From an uncultured bacterium (lineage in GTDB: Bacteria > Patescibacteriota > Minisyncoccia > Phycocordibacterales > UBA6065), in assembly GCA_966243015.1 (NCBI GenBank), contig CBIMES010000002.1, forward strand, positions 117,458 to 181,457: DNA of 64,000 nt, given 5' to 3'. The position numbers were made by a program, and so were the translations under genes. Below, piece by piece: positions 9,864-19,130 of the stretch. Positions within the stretch are counted from its first letter, which is position 1. Each line of letters starts with the position of its first letter. Under the pieces are notes generated by a model, which was given only the letters and a program-made list of their open reading frames with translations, was not told where the DNA came from and made no database searches.

Positions 9864-10658
9864 ATGCTATTCGCAAAGAAATCGCTCGGCCAGAACTTCC
9901 TGATATCACCCGGCATCATCGACAGAATCGTCGAGGCAGGGGAGATACGCCAGGGTGAGACCGTCATCGAGATCGGCCCAGGAAAGGGTGCGCTCACCGC
10001 GGCGCTTCTTCGTGCCGGCGCACACGTAAAAGCAATCGAGAAGGATGATCGACTCATCCCCGTACTCGACCAGACCTTCGCGTCCGAAAAGGCAAGTGGC
10101 GCCTTCGAGCTCTTCCATGACGACGTCATGGAAATTACCCCTGAAAAGCTCGCCGCCCACGTCTCGGGAAACTACAAGCTCATCGCGAACATCCCTTATT
10201 ACATCACCGGTCAAATCATCAGGCTCTTCCTCTCGCTTCCGCAGAAGCCCGAGAACATGGTACTCATGGTTCAGAAGGAAGTCGCGAACCGCATCATCGC
10301 CCGAGACGAGAAGGAGAGCATCCTGTCTCTTTCCGTGAAAGCGTACGCGAAACCCGAGCTCGTCGTGAACGTCGCCCGTGGAAACTTCTTTCCGATACCA
10401 AACGTAGACTCGGCGGTCATTAAGCTCAGCGAGATACGAAACCCCTTTGCGAACCCAGCCGAGGAAGAGAGATTTTTCGAAGTCGTGAAGGCGGGCTTCG
10501 CACAAAAGAGGAAGAAGCTCGCGCGAAACCTCGAGAGCGCCGCGCCCGCCGAGGCAATCTCCGGGGCGTTTGCGGAGCTGGGCCTCGACGACAACGCACG
10601 TGCCGAGGACGTGTCGCTGAATCAGTGGATCGCGCTCGCGCAGAAACTAACGCAGTAG
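9864..10658 (+). CDS. rsmA: 16S rRNA (adenine1518/1519-N6)-dimethyltransferase RsmA/KsgA
   Basis: KSLGQNFL near the N-terminus, SAM-binding IEIGPGKGALT, and NIPYYIT. Confidence 0.9.
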   Translation: MLFAKKSLGQNFLISPGIIDRIVEAGEIRQGETVIEIGPGKGALTAALLRAGAHVKAIEKDDRLIPVLDQTFASEKASGAFELFHDDVMEITPEKLAAHVSGNYKLIANIPYYITGQIIRLFLSLPQKPENMVLMVQKEVANRIIARDEKESILSLSVKAYAKPELVVNVARGNFFPIPNVDSAVIKLSEIRNPFANPAEEERFFEVVKAGFAQKRKKLARNLESAAPAEAISGAFAELGLDDNARAEDVSLNQWIALAQKLTQ

Positions 10659-10664
10659 AATGAA

Positions 10665-10698
10665 AACAAAATCACCGCCTCGGGGCGGTGATTTTTTC
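10665..10698. terminator. Bidirectional hairpin terminator between rsmA and the convergent downstream gene
   Basis: AAAATCACCGCC-tcgg-GGCGGTGATTTT with T-rich flanks on both strands. Confidence 0.7.
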
Positions 10699-10701
10699 GA
10701 G

Positions 10702-11094
10702 TTACTTACCTCCGGGCAATCCCGTACCGACGAACCCCATCACGCCAAGCGAGGGAAGGGGAACGCAGGCGATACCGACGTAAATCCAACACGCCTGAAC
10801 GCCAGGGATATACGCACCATCATGGGGCACGGAAGGAATCGAGGGAAGAAAATTGGCAAAAGGAACAGTCGCATAGGGCACATATACGAGTGGCCCTGTT
10901 GCGATAACGGGGCCTCCGAGATAAAGAGGCGCAAACCAAGCCCAAATAGAAGCACTGCAGATGCAGGGAAAGATAAAAACGGGCCAGCCACCAAAGGGAA
11001 GCATGGGGGGAACGAGCGCATCGGCCTTCTGAACAGGAAAGAACAGCACGGCGAGGAGACAGAGGGAGACGGCGATTGCGGCGAGCTTCTTCAT
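10702..11094 (-). CDS. Hypothetical small secreted/hydrophobic Pro/Gly-rich protein
   Basis: The N-terminal signal peptide MKKLAAIAVSLCLLAVLFFPVQKADA is followed by a hydrophobic Pro/Gly/Val-rich sequence. No family is recognisable. Confidence 0.4.
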   Translation of the reverse strand: MKKLAAIAVSLCLLAVLFFPVQKADALVPPMLPFGGWPVFIFPCICSASIWAWFAPLYLGGPVIATGPLVYVPYATVPFANFLPSIPSVPHDGAYIPGVQACWIYVGIACVPLPSLGVMGFVGTGLPGGK

Positions 11095-11100
11095 AGATAA

Positions 11101-12204
11101 CTAATATTGTACATCAAAAACAAACGGCTCGGCGTTAAGGCCGCCATCGGCGAGAACGTACACGTAGAGCGGAATCTTCATACCCTTGACCGAAGGATCC
11201 TCGAGAACGAGCCTTGCATACTCAAGATCAGAGATGCGAAATGAAAGAGAGGTGCTCTTTGAGGGACCAAGTGTCGTATAAACGCCCTTCAATCCGCCGA
11301 GGTTCTCTCCAGAGAGCGTAATTACATCTCCGTATGAGGGATTCTCGGGCGACACCGAGATTATGCGAGGCGCAGCCACGGGATTGTTCGAAATAACCAT
11401 GTATATAGGCCTTTCGGATACTTGGGATGAGCCCCTGGCATTCGACACAGAGACGGCATACGTCCCTGAAGATACGGCCGGAACAGTAAAGGCGAGGGTT
11501 ATACCGTCCTCGCTTGCCAGACCCGAGACCGTGGTACCGCCGATATGGACGACATTGGTAGCGTCGAGAGCAAAACCCCAACCTTGAAGCCTTGCTAGGC
11601 TACCCGGCTTGTTCTGATAAGGCTGAACTGAGTAAAGAGTAAGGGGGGCCTCATTCGCGCTGCGCTGATAAAACCCTTCAACGCTCGTTTTCGCGATTTC
11701 CTCATCAGAAAGGCTCGTTTGAAACGAAGAAAGGCCGTCCGAAGAAGAAACAGGTGAAAAAAAGGGGGGCGAACTAACTGATTGAGCCCCATAGCTTCTC
11801 ACAAATGACTCATAAGCGCTTCGGGCAGGGGGGACCAAGGTCTCGACACGCGCGTCAGACGTGCCACGGAGACAGGAGGCTCGGGCAAGGGCACCCTCGA
11901 CTGAAGAGCAGAGCCCTTCATCTCCAGTTTCCTCAGCAAGCCTTGTAATACAGTCATTTTTTTCGAAAAGAGAGGCCTGTGGACACGCTGACTCGACAGG
12001 CGAAGGCGACGTCTGGGGCAAGGAAGGACGAGAGGCGAAAAAACAAGGCTTGTTTGAGTCCTCCGACTGGAAGACAAGGCACGCCCCGTCGACCATCGGG
12101 GTTGTGTCGACTGGCTGAATCTTTTCCTTTTTGAGGAAAAACCATACGGCCACAGAGGCGACTGCCAAGATGAGAAGGGAGGCGAGAAAAATTTTCTTGT
12201 TCAC
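11101..12204 (-). CDS. Hypothetical membrane-anchored surface protein with Ig-like (IPT/TIG-like) repeats. A GTG start at 12204 is likely; the track ATG at 12294 would give an N-terminal extension that overlaps the divergent gene.
   Basis: N-terminal TM (KKIFLASLLILAVASVAVWFFLKK), a Ser/Pro-rich linker, and C-terminal beta-rich repeats (…GGTTVSGLASEDGITLAFTVPAVSSGTYAVSVSN… and …ISVSPENPSYGDVITLSGENLGG…). Confidence 0.5.
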   Translation of the reverse strand: MNKKIFLASLLILAVASVAVWFFLKKEKIQPVDTTPMVDGACLVFQSEDSNKPCFFASRPSLPQTSPSPVESACPQASLFEKNDCITRLAEETGDEGLCSSVEGALARASCLRGTSDARVETLVPPARSAYESFVRSYGAQSVSSPPFFSPVSSSDGLSSFQTSLSDEEIAKTSVEGFYQRSANEAPLTLYSVQPYQNKPGSLARLQGWGFALDATNVVHIGGTTVSGLASEDGITLAFTVPAVSSGTYAVSVSNARGSSQVSERPIYMVISNNPVAAPRIISVSPENPSYGDVITLSGENLGGLKGVYTTLGPSKSTSLSFRISDLEYARLVLEDPSVKGMKIPLYVYVLADGGLNAEPFVFDVQY

Positions 12205-12245
12205 ATCAACAGTATAACAAAATAAGTGATATACTGTGACCACAT

Positions 12246-13205
12246 ATGTTTCGAAAGACACTCTCTTTTCTTGGCACGAAGATAGGACTCTCACTTATCG
12301 CGGCACTCGTGATAGTCGTCGCAGCATTCGCCTTCAAAGACATCAATATTTTCAGCGGAGCGTCTAAGAATTCAGCAGCCCTTGTCGCGGAAAAGAGCGC
12401 GACCGAGCAGGTCTTCGAGAAAGACACTGATGGCGACGGGCTCAAAGACTGGGAAGAGGCGCTCTACGGATTCGACATCAACAATCCAGACACCAAAGGG
12501 AATGGCGCGGGTGATCTCAAAGAGATCGAGAAACTCAAAACCGAATCGGCGGAAACCTCTGAGACAGGTGAGACAAGCTCATCTACGCCGACGGCCACCG
12601 ACAGATTCTCGAGGGAGCTTTTCATACGCTACGTCGAGGCGAAGCAGGCAGGTAAGGATATTACGCCCGAGTTGAGCAAAATAATAGCAGACGAGGTCCT
12701 CGCAAAGAGCTACGAGTCGGAGACTCCGGCCTTTGACGATAGTGTCCTCGTCACCGTGTCCACGAACGACACCTCTTTTATAAAGAACTACGGAAACGCG
12801 CTCGGAGCCATCGTGTCAGTGCCGCTTCCCGAAGAGACACCCAACGAGCTCTTCATCCTCGAAGAGATAACGGCCCGAGAGTCGACGACCAAGACCAACA
12901 GGGAAGACCTGGCAAAGCTGCTTGCTCGATACACCAAGATGCGAGACTCCGTAGTTGCGCTCAAGGTGCCGCTCGCGGCCAAAGCCGCCCACGCCCAACT
13001 CGCGCAGGGAATCGAGCTCATGATGGGTGTGGTGATCGGCGTTCAGAACCTCGAGACCGACCCTATCAGCTCACTGCCACGAATCTCCCAATATGAGGAC
13101 GGCGTCGACCTGCTCAGCGCCGGAACCCTGAGACTTCAGCAGTACTTCCTGAAAAGCGGTGTCAGCTTCTCCTCGCGCGACGCGGGTTACATCTTCATGC
13201 AATAA
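12246..13205 (+). CDS. Hypothetical N-terminally membrane-anchored protein, first gene of the T4SS-like locus
   Basis: TM helix LSLIAALVIVVAAFAF, then an acidic region with a DTDGDGLKD-like motif and Ser/Thr-rich linker. No family assignment. Confidence 0.45.
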   Translation: MFRKTLSFLGTKIGLSLIAALVIVVAAFAFKDINIFSGASKNSAALVAEKSATEQVFEKDTDGDGLKDWEEALYGFDINNPDTKGNGAGDLKEIEKLKTESAETSETGETSSSTPTATDRFSRELFIRYVEAKQAGKDITPELSKIIADEVLAKSYESETPAFDDSVLVTVSTNDTSFIKNYGNALGAIVSVPLPEETPNELFILEEITARESTTKTNREDLAKLLARYTKMRDSVVALKVPLAAKAAHAQLAQGIELMMGVVIGVQNLETDPISSLPRISQYEDGVDLLSAGTLRLQQYFLKSGVSFSSRDAGYIFMQ

Positions 13206-13240
13206 AGTGAGATATACTAATGTATAAGCACGAGACACAT

Positions 13241-15670
13241 ATGAAACGCCTCCTCATCAAGATAAGCTCATCTCTCATCATCTTCTCGCTTGTAAGCTCA
13301 AATCTCTTCCTCGCACTCCCCGAGAAGGCCGAAGCCCAGGGCGCCGCCGCCTCGTGTACCGCAGGTTACGTTGCGGCAGGACTCGCTGCGCTGATGGCGG
13401 TTCCCCAGAACATCATCGGAGTACCAAAGTCGCAAGCTGGAGATACGGCCCAGAACGCAGTCACCGGAGGCAGCACGAACGCGATGTCCTTCAATAACTG
13501 CATACTCAAGCCCCTTGGCCAGATGATGGTTATCTCCCTCATCCGAAACATCGGAGCAAGCATCGTCGACTGGGTGAACAGCGGCTTTCAGGGAAAGCCG
13601 TCTTTCGTGACCGACTTCGGAGGCACCCTCCTCAACGCCGCAGACCAGGCAATCGGAAAATTCATCGAGGGAACAGAGCTAGGCTTTCTCTGTAACGACT
13701 TCTCGTTCCAGATTCGCATCGCCCTCGCGCTCAAATACAGCAAGCCGTACCGAGAGGAGATAAGGTGTACGCTTTCGGGAATAGGGGACAACGTAAACAA
13801 TTTCGTCGAAAACAACGGTGGAGCAGGCTGGAACAACTGGCTGCAGCTCACCACCGAGCCAAACAATAACGTATACGGTGCATACCTCGCGGCAGACAGC
13901 GAGCTGGCGCAGCGAGCGCTCACGGCCACGGGACTTCAGGACAAGAAGATCACGATAGGGCAGGGCTTCCTCGACTTCGAAACCTGCGATGAGTACGAGA
14001 CTCCGACCGAGGCCCAGACCCGCTACCTCGAAGAGACGAAGTCTCTCAACACGTCTTCTTCAAACAACGCCTTTGATTCAAGCATCAACGTAAACACCGA
14101 CATAAACAGCTTCGAAAATTCCGGATTTGACGACGGTAGCGGCAATAACAGCATTAACAGCAACACCTTCGACACCTCGGGAGTAAACATCCCATCGTCG
14201 CCGTCATCAGCGACTTTCGACTCAAGCTTCAGCTCAACGGCGACGCCTCAGTGTAAGCCGGGCAAGATGACCTCAAAGACCCCGGGAGGGGTAATCGCGC
14301 GCAAACTCGACTCCGTACTTGGTCAGGGAGAAATCCAGGCGGCAGTGGCAGACGAGATCGACGAGGTTATCGCAGCCACCCTTAACCAGCTCGCTACCAT
14401 GGCGATTCAGGGAGCAGGTGGACTTCTTGGTCTCTCGAAGAAAAGCTCTTCTTCGGGCTCTTCATACATAAACCGATACAGGAGCCAGTACTATTCAGGC
14501 AACAGTGGGTCAACCTCATCGGGAGTCGACACGGCCGAGGACATCTATACCGTAGACGTAGGAGCGTCATCAGCACTCGACGACTATCGAGTAAGCAACT
14601 ATGACGAGGCAAATGCCATTCTCAACAACCCAGACGACGAGGGGCTTCAGGAGATTTACGATACGACAGACGATGCCGTAAACGACGGAATTGACGGTCA
14701 GAAACAGCAGATTGACGCGATAAACAACAAGGCAAACCTCAACACGCAGCAGGAGCTCAACATAGCCCTTCTCGAAAAGACAACTCAGTCATCGGGAGAC
14801 GATGGGTCGCATGCGGTTGACGGCATCAACGACACTTCGAAGTACAAGCCCGGAACAGCGACCTCGAACCAGGACAGCGCGAACCCGTGGTGGGAGGTTG
14901 ATCTCGGCAAGGACCAGAAAATAGATGAGGTGAGAATCTGGAAGTTCAGCGGCAAGGATACGCGATACACGCTCGGAACCTTCCGTGTCATCGTCAAAAA
15001 AGAGAACGGAAACCGATGGACCAGCACTTCTATCAACAGCGCATCGACGGCAAACCCAACCAAGGTAACGGTAGGGCAGACGGGTCGCTATATTCGCATC
15101 GAGAAGAACGCCTACAGCTACTCGTGCGGAAACACGCGATTCCCTCAAACCTGCTACCACCCTCTCCAGCTCGCAGAGGTTAAGGCCATTCAGTTCATAA
15201 GCGCACCAACTGGATCGACAACAACTCCGACAACAGGAAACAATAATGACGAAGAGGAGACAACGGGAGGAGGCACGGTAACGATTCAGACGCCCTCAAT
15301 GACCCAGACGGTGCTGGCAGGGAAGGACGCCGTCCTCGGCGTCGCAGTCAACGCACCTCAGAATACGACCATACCGAGCGTCGAGGTTCGGATCACCTCA
15401 AACGGAAACCCGGCAAACTTCAGCAACGTCTTTCTTAACGCAAACCTGGGGATAAATGTCTCGGGAAAAACTGGCAACGTATCCATCGGGAACGTCCCAG
15501 CGGTCAAACTCACCAATCTCGCCGCCGGAAAATCCTATAATACAAGCCTCGTATTCTCAGGAAAGATACGAGATGACCAGAAGGGGGCTCGATACGAGAT
15601 AACCATCACCGCGCAGGACAAGGACGGAGACCCGATCAGTACTGGCACACTTGATTTTGTAGTAGAATAA
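13241..15670 (+). CDS. Large secreted protein with a C-terminal F5/8 type C (discoidin) domain, a putative surface adhesin
   Basis: Signal peptide MKRLLIKISSSLIIFSLVSSNLFLALPEKAEA. Ser/Asn-rich low-complexity middle. SHAVDGINDTSKY…NPWWEVDLGKDQKIDEVRIW…GRYIRIE matches the discoidin-fold pattern. The track ORF starts 7 codons upstream at 13220. Confidence 0.6.
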   Translation: MKRLLIKISSSLIIFSLVSSNLFLALPEKAEAQGAAASCTAGYVAAGLAALMAVPQNIIGVPKSQAGDTAQNAVTGGSTNAMSFNNCILKPLGQMMVISLIRNIGASIVDWVNSGFQGKPSFVTDFGGTLLNAADQAIGKFIEGTELGFLCNDFSFQIRIALALKYSKPYREEIRCTLSGIGDNVNNFVENNGGAGWNNWLQLTTEPNNNVYGAYLAADSELAQRALTATGLQDKKITIGQGFLDFETCDEYETPTEAQTRYLEETKSLNTSSSNNAFDSSINVNTDINSFENSGFDDGSGNNSINSNTFDTSGVNIPSSPSSATFDSSFSSTATPQCKPGKMTSKTPGGVIARKLDSVLGQGEIQAAVADEIDEVIAATLNQLATMAIQGAGGLLGLSKKSSSSGSSYINRYRSQYYSGNSGSTSSGVDTAEDIYTVDVGASSALDDYRVSNYDEANAILNNPDDEGLQEIYDTTDDAVNDGIDGQKQQIDAINNKANLNTQQELNIALLEKTTQSSGDDGSHAVDGINDTSKYKPGTATSNQDSANPWWEVDLGKDQKIDEVRIWKFSGKDTRYTLGTFRVIVKKENGNRWTSTSINSASTANPTKVTVGQTGRYIRIEKNAYSYSCGNTRFPQTCYHPLQLAEVKAIQFISAPTGSTTTPTTGNNNDEEETTGGGTVTIQTPSMTQTVLAGKDAVLGVAVNAPQNTTIPSVEVRITSNGNPANFSNVFLNANLGINVSGKTGNVSIGNVPAVKLTNLAAGKSYNTSLVFSGKIRDDQKGARYEITITAQDKDGDPISTGTLDFVVE

Positions 15671-15675
15671 GGAGG

Positions 15676-17949
15676 ATGAGAAAGCTCCTCTCTCCATACA
15701 ACCTTATAACGGTCTTGCTCGTTGGAGTGAGTGTGTTTGCCTTGCCCCAGTTTGCCCATGCGGCAATCTGGGACGGCATCCTCAACGGTCTCAATTTCGG
15801 CGCAAATTGGTTCTACGGCCTTATCGCCAAGGTGTTCTGGTGGGGAACCATTCCTCTGACCAGCTGGGTGCTCTGGCTCGTGGGAGTCATGATAGACGGC
15901 ATCATCGCCCTGTCTTCTGACCCGTCTTTCTACAACGCGCCCGCCATATCAGCGTCATGGGGGATAGTCCGCGACGTTTGTAACATGCTGTTCATATTCA
16001 TCCTCATCTACGAGGGAATACGAACCATTCTTAACCTCGGCAACATGGTGAGCGTGAAGACCACCATCGCAGGAGTCATCCTTGCGGCCGTATTCATCAA
16101 CTTCAGCCTCTTCGCGACCAAAGTCGTTATCGACGTCAGCAACATAACCGCAGCATGGTTCATACAGGGCGTTAAGAACGTCGGGGGTACGGAAAGCATC
16201 AGCGATGCAGTCGTCGCATCGCTTCAGATGAAGAAACTCGTCCAGAACAAGGACTACGGCAGGGGAGCGATGACCAAGGAGTCCTTTGTGGCGGGATTGG
16301 CGATGACCGTCCTCAACTGCGTGGCGATATACGTGATGTTCAAAGTCTTCTTCCTCCTTCTCGGAAGGCTCATCACCTTCATGTTCCTCCTCGTTACCGC
16401 ACCAATCGGCTTTGTCGGCCCCCTTCTGCCTCAGCTCAAGAAATACGCCGAGAAGTGGTGGAACGAACTGAACTCGATGGCCATAATGGCGCCAATGTTC
16501 TTCCTGATGCTCTATATCACCCTGTTCATTATCGATCAGGTGGACACCTTCGTGTTCGGAGGAGCGGGATCGGCAGACCCCGTGACCGGATCGAGCTTCG
16601 CCCCGACGAACTACATCATGTTCGCGATCATCATCGCCATGCTGCTCAAGGTACTTGAGATAACCGAGGAATACAGCGGCGAAATGGCAGGGAAGATAGG
16701 TGAGCTGTTCAAGAGCAGCGTGGGCGTGGCCCTCGGTGGCGTAACCGCTGTGGGAGGTGTCATCGGCCGACAGACCCTCGGAAGGGCCGCATTTAACATC
16801 ACTCAAGATGACAAGAAGATGGGCGCACTTCGATCAGAGGCGGCCACAAGCCTGTTCGGCAAAGTGAAGCTTGCCGCAGTTACCAAGGGCGCGTCATCGA
16901 GCTTTGATGCTCGAGCCACAACCGTCGGAGGAAAAGCGTTGGGTGCCTTCAATCCAAAAATAAGCGTTGCCGGTATCTCTGTTGACGCCTCTAAGGTTGG
17001 AAAGACCGAAAGCGGTGGATTTAAAGCTGGTGCAGAGGCATTCGCCAAGAAAGAGAAGGACTGGGCGGAGAAAAATCTCGGCAAGGGCGCAGCAGGGGAG
17101 ATCAATCGAATGCGATTCTCTGAGAGCATGCAGAAGGGAACCCTTCTCACGAATTACAACAAGCTCGCCAATGCTGGTGTTGGCAAGAACGCTTACAAGG
17201 ATGCCTATAGGGATATAGAGAAGGCCGCTCGAGACAACTTCCGAAAGAAGACACTTGAGGATGCAAAGAAGGGCACCAAGGACATCAGCAACAAGATCGT
17301 GGACGAACAGATGGCAATCTACCAGATGGAGGAGGCTATCAAGTCAAATAACAACGACCAGATTAACGCCGCTCTTGAAACAGAGAAGAATAGAATCGAG
17401 GGCATCTGGTCCGAGATGGAGAAAAATGCCCTTGAGAAAAACAAGGCCGCACATATCGAATACAGCCTCACTCAGGTGGAGAAGAGGGTTGCGGAGCCGG
17501 GTCCAGTCGGTGAAGCGGCAAGGGCAACCAAGACATCACTTGAAAAAGAGCTTGCTGATTTGAGGACAAATATGACCGCAGACGAAAAGAATAAGGCAAG
17601 CGAGGAGGCGGAAAAACTCAGATCATACAAAGATTACAAGGAGAAACAGGTCGATGCCGTTAAGTCTGCGATTGAGGAGTCAAACCCTGTCGCAAAGAAG
17701 GAACTCACCAAGGGAGTCATCGGGGTCATAAAGACCAAGAGGATTGGCGAGAGAGAGGAATTCAAAGATGAGGAGGGGAAGAAAAAGAAAGTCGCCCCTA
17801 AGGGAACCCTCAACTGGGAACTCGACAAGAAGAAAACCAGCCTCAAGGAGGCCCAGGAGGAACTCGATGCGATAGAAGGAAAGAAAGAGGAGAAGAAGGA
17901 GGAAAAGAAAGAGGAGAAGAAAGAAGAAGGGGATAGCAAAAAGAAATAA
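15676..17949 (+). CDS. VirB6/TrbL-like polytopic membrane protein with a long charged coiled-coil C-terminal tail
   Basis: GGAGG RBS 6-8 nt upstream. Signal/TM N-terminus, at least 6 predicted TM helices in the first 330 aa, then a roughly 400-aa Lys/Glu-rich tail ending in EEKKEEKKEEKKEEKKEE. It sits upstream of PrgI/VirB4 homologs. Confidence 0.5.
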   Translation: MRKLLSPYNLITVLLVGVSVFALPQFAHAAIWDGILNGLNFGANWFYGLIAKVFWWGTIPLTSWVLWLVGVMIDGIIALSSDPSFYNAPAISASWGIVRDVCNMLFIFILIYEGIRTILNLGNMVSVKTTIAGVILAAVFINFSLFATKVVIDVSNITAAWFIQGVKNVGGTESISDAVVASLQMKKLVQNKDYGRGAMTKESFVAGLAMTVLNCVAIYVMFKVFFLLLGRLITFMFLLVTAPIGFVGPLLPQLKKYAEKWWNELNSMAIMAPMFFLMLYITLFIIDQVDTFVFGGAGSADPVTGSSFAPTNYIMFAIIIAMLLKVLEITEEYSGEMAGKIGELFKSSVGVALGGVTAVGGVIGRQTLGRAAFNITQDDKKMGALRSEAATSLFGKVKLAAVTKGASSSFDARATTVGGKALGAFNPKISVAGISVDASKVGKTESGGFKAGAEAFAKKEKDWAEKNLGKGAAGEINRMRFSESMQKGTLLTNYNKLANAGVGKNAYKDAYRDIEKAARDNFRKKTLEDAKKGTKDISNKIVDEQMAIYQMEEAIKSNNNDQINAALETEKNRIEGIWSEMEKNALEKNKAAHIEYSLTQVEKRVAEPGPVGEAARATKTSLEKELADLRTNMTADEKNKASEEAEKLRSYKDYKEKQVDAVKSAIEESNPVAKKELTKGVIGVIKTKRIGEREEFKDEEGKKKKVAPKGTLNWELDKKKTSLKEAQEELDAIEGKKEEKKEEKKEEKKEEGDSKKK
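17875..17932 (+). repeat. Short tandem purine-rich repeat encoding (K/E)EEKK units at the 3' end of the VirB6-like gene
   Basis: gaggagaagaaggaggaaaagaaagaggagaagaaagaagaagg has GAR-GAR periodicity. Confidence 0.6.
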
Positions 17950-17951
17950 TC

Positions 17952-18611
17952 ATGGACAAAGAACTTCAAACCCGATTTGATTCGCTCCCTGCCGACATAC
18001 AGACGGCGCTTCAGTCGACTGACATCATCGAGAAACTCCAGGCCATCGGAAGAGCCCATGATCTGCACACCGATCAGCTTGGGGGACTGGAAGCATGTGT
18101 GAGCAGAATCATGCTCGGCATAGATAAGACCGATGATTTTGTCGAGAGCATTGAAAACAACCTTAATGTAACGACGGATGATGCCATAAACATAGCGACG
18201 GAGGTAAACACGACCATATTCCTCCCCGTCAGGGAATCCCTCATGAAAATGCAGGCCGCTGGAACAGAAACCCCCGCAATAAGCAACGAACCGACCGTCG
18301 ACGAACACCCCATGAAAGCGGACATCCTCGCCGAGATAGAGGATCCGAAGCCGGTGGCTCAGCCTATATCGTCGATACGACCCGCACCAACCCCCGCAAC
18401 CCCCGTAAACACAGCACTCCCGACAATTGAACCGTCACATCTTCCAACCACCGCATCTCAGCCGAAACCGACCCCGACATTCCAGACTCCGGCACCAAAA
18501 CCCCAGAGCTCCAGTGTCACCAACGAGTTCATAGCGGGGAAGATGACCGAGACCGTGAATATGCCGCCTCAGAAATACAGCGCAGACCCTTACAGGGAAC
18601 CGCTCAACTAG
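17952..18611 (+). CDS. Hypothetical soluble protein with a Pro/Thr-rich C-terminal half (locus member)
   Basis: The start is 3 nt after the upstream stop, suggesting translational coupling. No TM helix. PAPTPATP… proline-rich tail. Confidence 0.45.
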   Translation: MDKELQTRFDSLPADIQTALQSTDIIEKLQAIGRAHDLHTDQLGGLEACVSRIMLGIDKTDDFVESIENNLNVTTDDAINIATEVNTTIFLPVRESLMKMQAAGTETPAISNEPTVDEHPMKADILAEIEDPKPVAQPISSIRPAPTPATPVNTALPTIEPSHLPTTASQPKPTPTFQTPAPKPQSSSVTNEFIAGKMTETVNMPPQKYSADPYREPLN

Positions 18612-18619
18612 GCGAAAAT

Positions 18620-18651
18620 AAAAGGCTCAGTCCACTGAGCCTTTTATTTTT
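18620..18651 (+). terminator. Rho-independent terminator with an adjacent TATAAT -10 element
   Basis: AAAGGCTCAG-tccac-TGAGCCTTTT-ATTTTTG followed by TGTGTATAAT at 18651-18660. Confidence 0.7.
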
Positions 18652-18666
18652 GTGTATAATGAACTC

Positions 18667-19113
18667 ATGCGATTCCAGGTTCCTCAGTTCATCGAGGTGG
18701 AGGACAAGATCTTCGGCCCCCTCACCATCAAGCAGTTCATCTACCTCGTTGGAGGCGCGGGACTTTCCTTTATTGCCTACACTCTCATAGGCAACATATT
18801 CATCAGCGTCATCTTCATCCTGCCGATCATGGGCCTTTCGCTCGCCCTGGCGTTCTATAAGGTCAACAACAAGCCGCTCATCAACGTCATCGAGGCCGCA
18901 TTCAACTACTTCGTGAGCAACAAGCTCTATATCTGGAAGAAAATCGACAAGCCAATAGAAAATAAGGCCCGGGAGAACCCAGCAGGGGACCTGACCTCAA
19001 ACTTCTACATACCAAAGCTGTCTGACTCGAAGCTCAAGGATCTCACCTGGAGCCTCGACATCAAGCAGAGCGCGAACCCAGCGCAGAACCAACAGGGCAA
19101 GAAAACATTTTAG
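18667..19113 (+). CDS. PrgI-family (VirB3-like) small membrane protein
   Basis: MRFQVPQFIEVEDKIFGPLTIKQFIYLVGGAGLSFIAY… matches the PrgI family pattern (vP.dl...edKiffgLt.rQ..yl). It has two TM helices and sits immediately upstream of a VirB4 homolog, as prgI-prgJ does. The track ORF starts at 18652 (GTG). ATG 18667 is preferred and lies only about 6 nt after TATAAT, so the mRNA may be leaderless. Confidence 0.6.
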   Translation: MRFQVPQFIEVEDKIFGPLTIKQFIYLVGGAGLSFIAYTLIGNIFISVIFILPIMGLSLALAFYKVNNKPLINVIEAAFNYFVSNKLYIWKKIDKPIENKARENPAGDLTSNFYIPKLSDSKLKDLTWSLDIKQSANPAQNQQGKKTF

Positions 19114-19130
19114 GCGGTATACTATAGCTC

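Noticed and set aside
12206-12294. The track-annotated ATG start at 12294 for the minus-strand gene gives an N-terminal extension (MRVLSSCQEKRVSFETYVVTVYHLFCYTVDV…).
   Set aside because: The extension overlaps the divergent gene's start and promoter and has no signal or TM character. A GTG at 12204 directly precedes the obvious membrane anchor and has a TATACT -10 upstream.
15955-16806. A 283-aa minus-strand ORF inside the VirB6-like gene. There are similar long antisense ORFs inside dnaN (28091..28930), PBP1A (30680..31669), and pilB (36803..37462 and 36339..36944).
   Set aside because: These are typical GC-rich antisense open frames: Arg/His/Asp/Glu-rich, low-complexity, with no family resemblance. 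The sense-strand genes have strong homology.
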